Positions 60,188 through 64,000 of a DNA stretch of 64,000 nucleotides are shown here, piece by piece. The translations under genes and the position numbers were made by a program. The stretch is from Candidatus Poribacteria bacterium (GTDB taxonomy: Bacteria; Poribacteria; WGA-4E; WGA-3G). Each line of letters starts with the position of its first letter. Position 1 is the first letter of the stretch. Under the pieces are notes generated by a model. It did not search any database, was not told the origin of the DNA, and saw only the letters and a list, made by a program, of their open reading frames with translations. The stretch lies in contig CAXXUA010000005.1 in the NCBI GenBank assembly GCA_963663765.2, positions 256,001 through 320,000 on the forward strand. Reading direction: 5' to 3'.

Positions 60188-60675
60188 GGGAGTGTAAAGT
60201 GTTTGCACAGAGGTACTAACTTTTGTTCTCTTTAGTCCCGTAGGGACGCAATGTTTATAGAAAGACGTTATCACATCCCCTCTCTTTAGTTCCGTAGGAA
60301 CGACATAGAAGGATAAACATATCGTCCCTACGGGACTGAAGAATATGGTTAATATTAACAATATTTCTTTATATTGACACCTAATGAAGTTTGACAATCA
60401 AAATCGGTAGTTGAATTCGTAGGGGTTGGGTTCCCCAACCCATTTGGTTTTTGAGTTTGCGTAGATCATGTGTGGAAACCACGCCCCTACGAATACACAA
60501 CTTGAACGTCAAAACTCATTAGGACTCTGTGTCCGCAATCTCCCATTTAATCAGTTGCGGCGGGGCACAGAGACCCGGGGAATGCCTAAATGGCATTCAT
60601 ACCGTTGATTTCTTGATTTCTTGATTTCGCCCTACAATGGAGAGTGGGATGTTTATGCAAAAACTTTACACACCC
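60188..60675. mobile_element. 488-bp MITE, inverted copy of 16475-16961
   Basis: Collinear reverse-complement similarity over the full length; AAATACTC flanks the combined 59996-60675 unit. Confidence 0.9.
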
Positions 60676-60781
60676 AAATACTCTAATCTTCTTGCAGTAA
60701 TTGCGCTCTTTTGTTAGAATGGAAGCAGAAACAAGAGATATTTCATTGAAACATGCATTTTTGCTTTATAGGAGATTATTT

Positions 60782-61750
60782 ATGGCTAACAATCTACGTT
60801 TTGGCGTTGTTGGATTAGGTATGGGCATGAATCGTTCTAACATGATTCACAGCACAGATGGGGCGGAACTCGTCGCTGTCGCAGACCTAAAGGAAGACAG
60901 ACGCAAAGCTGCCGAAGAAAAATTCGGATGTGAAAGCCACGAAGACGCACTGGAAATGTTCGACCGGGACGATATTGATGTCGCAATGATGATGACACCC
61001 AGTGGCTTACACGGAAAGTTCGGAGAAGAAGCAGCACGTCGAGGAAAACACGTCATTACAACAAAACCGATGGATGTGAGTGTGGAAAACTGTGATTCAC
61101 TCATTAAGACCTGTGAAGACAATAACGTCAAACTACTCGTGGATTTCGGAGAGAGATACGGTAAACACAACAGGCGGATAAAGGCTGCAATTGATCAAGG
61201 CACAATCGGAAAACCAATTCTGTGTGATCTACGAATGAAATGGAAACGTTATGATAGTTATTATGTAGGTTGGCACGGAACATGGGAATTTGATGGCGGT
61301 GGATCCATCATGAATCAAGGTGTACACTATATAGACCTGATGTTGTGGTTTATGGGACCTGTCAAACGCGTCATCGGCGCACATTTTGATGTATATGACC
61401 ACGAAAACTGTGAGACCGAAGATATGACCTCCGCAATCTTGGAATTTGAAAGTGGTGCACTCGGACACGTACTAACTACCACAACCTATCCCGGTGGAAA
61501 TGTGTCTATGATTCACATCCACGGTCAAGATGGAATCGTTGGGCTTGGACCTGAAATATGGCAATTCCCAGATGGAAAAGAACCCAACATTGAACTGCCT
61601 CCTTATCCCGGAAATGTTATTCAAGATATATTACGAGTTGTCAATGACGGTGCTGAACCAGCAGTGGACGGATATGAGGGAAGACGGTCCGTTGAACTCA
61701 ACATGGCAATTTATGAATGTTCCAGAACAGGTAAATCTGTAACGTTATAG
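60782..61750 (+). CDS. Gfo/Idh/MocA oxidoreductase
   Basis: 'GVVGLG', 'TP.GLH', 'KP', 'GGG...NQG.H..D'. Confidence 0.88.
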   Translation: MANNLRFGVVGLGMGMNRSNMIHSTDGAELVAVADLKEDRRKAAEEKFGCESHEDALEMFDRDDIDVAMMMTPSGLHGKFGEEAARRGKHVITTKPMDVSVENCDSLIKTCEDNNVKLLVDFGERYGKHNRRIKAAIDQGTIGKPILCDLRMKWKRYDSYYVGWHGTWEFDGGGSIMNQGVHYIDLMLWFMGPVKRVIGAHFDVYDHENCETEDMTSAILEFESGALGHVLTTTTYPGGNVSMIHIHGQDGIVGLGPEIWQFPDGKEPNIELPPYPGNVIQDILRVVNDGAEPAVDGYEGRRSVELNMAIYECSRTGKSVTL

Positions 61751-61762
61751 GTCTCTATATTA

Positions 61763-61835
61763 GTTCTGTAAGTGTGTGATTCTGCTGACAGAAGTGTAAA
61801 TGGAAAGACGATTTAGTATTCCGCACTTACAGAAC
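61763..61835. terminator. Long inverted repeat between convergent genes
   Basis: GTTCTGTAAGTG...CACTTACAGAAC. Confidence 0.5.
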
Positions 61836-61851
61836 AACGATCAAACGTATA

Positions 61852-63999
61852 TTAGGAATCTTCCGCTTTTGCTTTCAAGTCGTAAAGGATGTTCACCGCA
61901 TCCAAAGGAGTCATCTGAGAAAGTTCCAACTTCCGTATCTCTTCAACGAGGGGGTGTGTTTTCGGAGTGAACAGTGCCATCTGAAGCGAATCGCTCTGTA
62001 GAGTCTTCCGTGTAATTCTGCGTTTCGGACGTGGGATTTTTTGGTTCGCTTTCTGCGGTTTGCTTGCTATTTCATCGGTCTCTACGCTAAGGTTGTGCTG
62101 TTCAAGCACTTCCAATATTTGTTGCGCCCGCGCAATAACAGAACGCGGTAACCCTGCAAGACGCGCAACATGAATGCCATAGCTTTGGTCTGCGCCACCC
62201 GGAACAACTTTACGAAGGAAAGTCACCTTCTCCCCATCTTCATGCACAGCAACGTTGTAGTTTTTCGCACGTTTGTACTTACTGGCAAGTTCAACAAGTT
62301 CATGGTAATGCGTAGCAAAAAGGGTTTTAGCCCCCATCCGTTTCTCATCTAACAAATACTCTGATACTGCCCAGGCAATACTGAGTCCATCAAACGTACT
62401 GGTCCCGCGTCCAACTTCATCCAGTATAACAAGACTCTTGTCTGTTGCATTGTTGAGAATATTCGCTGTTTCGTTCATCTCAACAAGAAAGGTACTTTGG
62501 CCCATTACGAGGTTGTCTGAAGCACCAACACGGGTAAATATCCTATCTACTAAACCTATTTTTGCAGCGGATGCGGGGACAAAACACCCTATCTGTGCCA
62601 TCAACACAATAAGGGCAGTTTGACGAAGATAGGTACTTTTTCCGCTCATATTCGGACCCGTGATAATATGGAGTTGTTCCTCATGACAGTTCAACAATGT
62701 ATCATTCGGCACGAAACCTTCTTGTGTGAATATTTGTTCTACCACAGGATGCCTTCCATCACGAACGATGATTTCGTCATTGTCCTCCACAGTCGGTTTC
62801 ACATAGTTGTATTTGGAAGCACAATATGCAAAGTTTGCGATAACATCAATCATCGCAATAACCGCCGAGATTTTCTGTATAGCTTCTGTAGATTTCGCTA
62901 CTTCATCACGAATCTCGCAAAATAGTTCATACTCAAGGGATTGAATCCGATCCTCTGCGTTCAATACTTTCGCTTCCTCTTCCTTGAGTTCGGGGGTGAT
63001 GAACCTTTCAGAATTTCGCAACGTCTGTTTACGGATATAATGATCAGGCACCATATTCAAATTCGGTTTGGTCACCTCAATGTAGTAACCAAAGACCTGA
63101 TTGAAACCTATTTTAAGTGATGCAATCCCACTACGTTTTCGCTCTTCTTCCTGCAAGGTTGCCATCCATGCTCTACCTTGACCAACAATTTGACGGAGTT
63201 CATCAAGTTCCGAATTATAACCATCATGGATGATACCCCCTTCTCGGACAGTTGCTGGTGAATTGGGATGAATCCCATGTTCAATTAATTCAACCAATTC
63301 TGTCATCGGGTTCAGGTCTTGGTGTAGAGAAGTCAAAAGCGATGTTTGAAATTCTTGAAGTACTTGTTTTACATCAGGGATAAGTTGAAGTGAACCTTTA
63401 AGGGAATGTAGGTCGCGCCCGTTAACTGAACCAAGACTGATACGGGTAATGAGACGTTCAATATCAGACATCTGGGCAAGTGCTTCCCGCAATTCCTCTT
63501 GTTGATTTATCTGTGTCTTTAATTCCTCAACTGCGTCAAGACGTTCTTCTATTTCATCTATGCTTAACAAAGGTTGCAACAAACACTGCCGAACCTTTCT
63601 TGCTCCCATAGAAGTCACCGTCTGATCAAGCACTTCAAGCAACGTGCCGTTTCTTGATCCATCCCTGATGTTAACGGTCAGTTCAAGATTACGGTGTGTA
63701 TCTGCATCCAAGACCATAAAATCTGTGAGTGTGTAAGTATGAAGTGAGAGGATGTGTTCTACTTCCTGCTTTTGCGTTTCATTCAGGTAATAGATAAGTG
63801 CACCAGCAGCACAGATAGCGGTGGAAAGGTGTTCACAGCCAAAACCATCCAGAGAAATCGTTCGGAAATGTTGAAGCAGTTCAGTTCTTGCAGTATCATA
63901 GTCAAAACGCCAATCAGGTAAAAAATTGAGGGTTGTTTTTAGTTCTACTTTAAGCTGAGCAAAGACTTCTTCATTTTCAAACGATTCTGAAAAGAGACA
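61852..63999 (-). CDS. mutS: DNA mismatch repair protein MutS, 5' end outside the window
   Basis: 'ITGPNMSGKSTY', 'STFLVEM', 'LDEVGRGTST', 'FATHYHEL', 'SYGI.VA'; frame stays open to the window edge. Confidence 0.96.
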   Translation of the reverse strand, partial: CLFSESFENEEVFAQLKVELKTTLNFLPDWRFDYDTARTELLQHFRTISLDGFGCEHLSTAICAAGALIYYLNETQKQEVEHILSLHTYTLTDFMVLDADTHRNLELTVNIRDGSRNGTLLEVLDQTVTSMGARKVRQCLLQPLLSIDEIEERLDAVEELKTQINQQEELREALAQMSDIERLITRISLGSVNGRDLHSLKGSLQLIPDVKQVLQEFQTSLLTSLHQDLNPMTELVELIEHGIHPNSPATVREGGIIHDGYNSELDELRQIVGQGRAWMATLQEEERKRSGIASLKIGFNQVFGYYIEVTKPNLNMVPDHYIRKQTLRNSERFITPELKEEEAKVLNAEDRIQSLEYELFCEIRDEVAKSTEAIQKISAVIAMIDVIANFAYCASKYNYVKPTVEDNDEIIVRDGRHPVVEQIFTQEGFVPNDTLLNCHEEQLHIITGPNMSGKSTYLRQTALIVLMAQIGCFVPASAAKIGLVDRIFTRVGASDNLVMGQSTFLVEMNETANILNNATDKSLVILDEVGRGTSTFDGLSIAWAVSEYLLDEKRMGAKTLFATHYHELVELASKYKRAKNYNVAVHEDGEKVTFLRKVVPGGADQSYGIHVARLAGLPRSVIARAQQILEVLEQHNLSVETDEIASKPQKANQKIPRPKRRITRKTLQSDSLQMALFTPKTHPLVEEIRKLELSQMTPLDAVNILYDLKAKAEDS

Positions 64000-64000
64000 C

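Overview
Bacterial chromosomal segment, most likely from Candidatus Poribacteria (sponge symbiont). This assignment is inferred from the LamG proteins ending in a 'KL(S/T)TTWAxIK' motif, several PhyH dioxygenases, Gfo/Idh/MocA oxidoreductases, a sulfatase and eukaryote-like C-type lectin proteins. Housekeeping content: hisZ-hisG-hisS behind a His-rich leader peptide, an iscS-like gene, serS, tRNA-Val and tRNA-Asp, a DinG/YoaA helicase, two htrA paralogs, an amidase, dnaE and a partial mutS. Accessory content: a TonB-dependent uptake locus, a LamG tandem array, an ECF sigma/anti-sigma pair and decayed toxin-antitoxin genes. The most striking layer is non-coding. It includes a TnpB-only IS200/IS605 element with readable ends, an IS1634 element plus a cognate MITE that disrupts a LamG gene, and several MITE families with unrelated terminal repeats that each carry GTAG-type REP hairpins. 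It also includes a heterodimeric MITE pair sharing one target duplication, and a ~35-bp mini-element that inserts into REP stems. Three phage-like orphan ORFs appear to be co-transcribed with dnaE. All calls come from reading the sequence and recalling motifs; no database searches were run.
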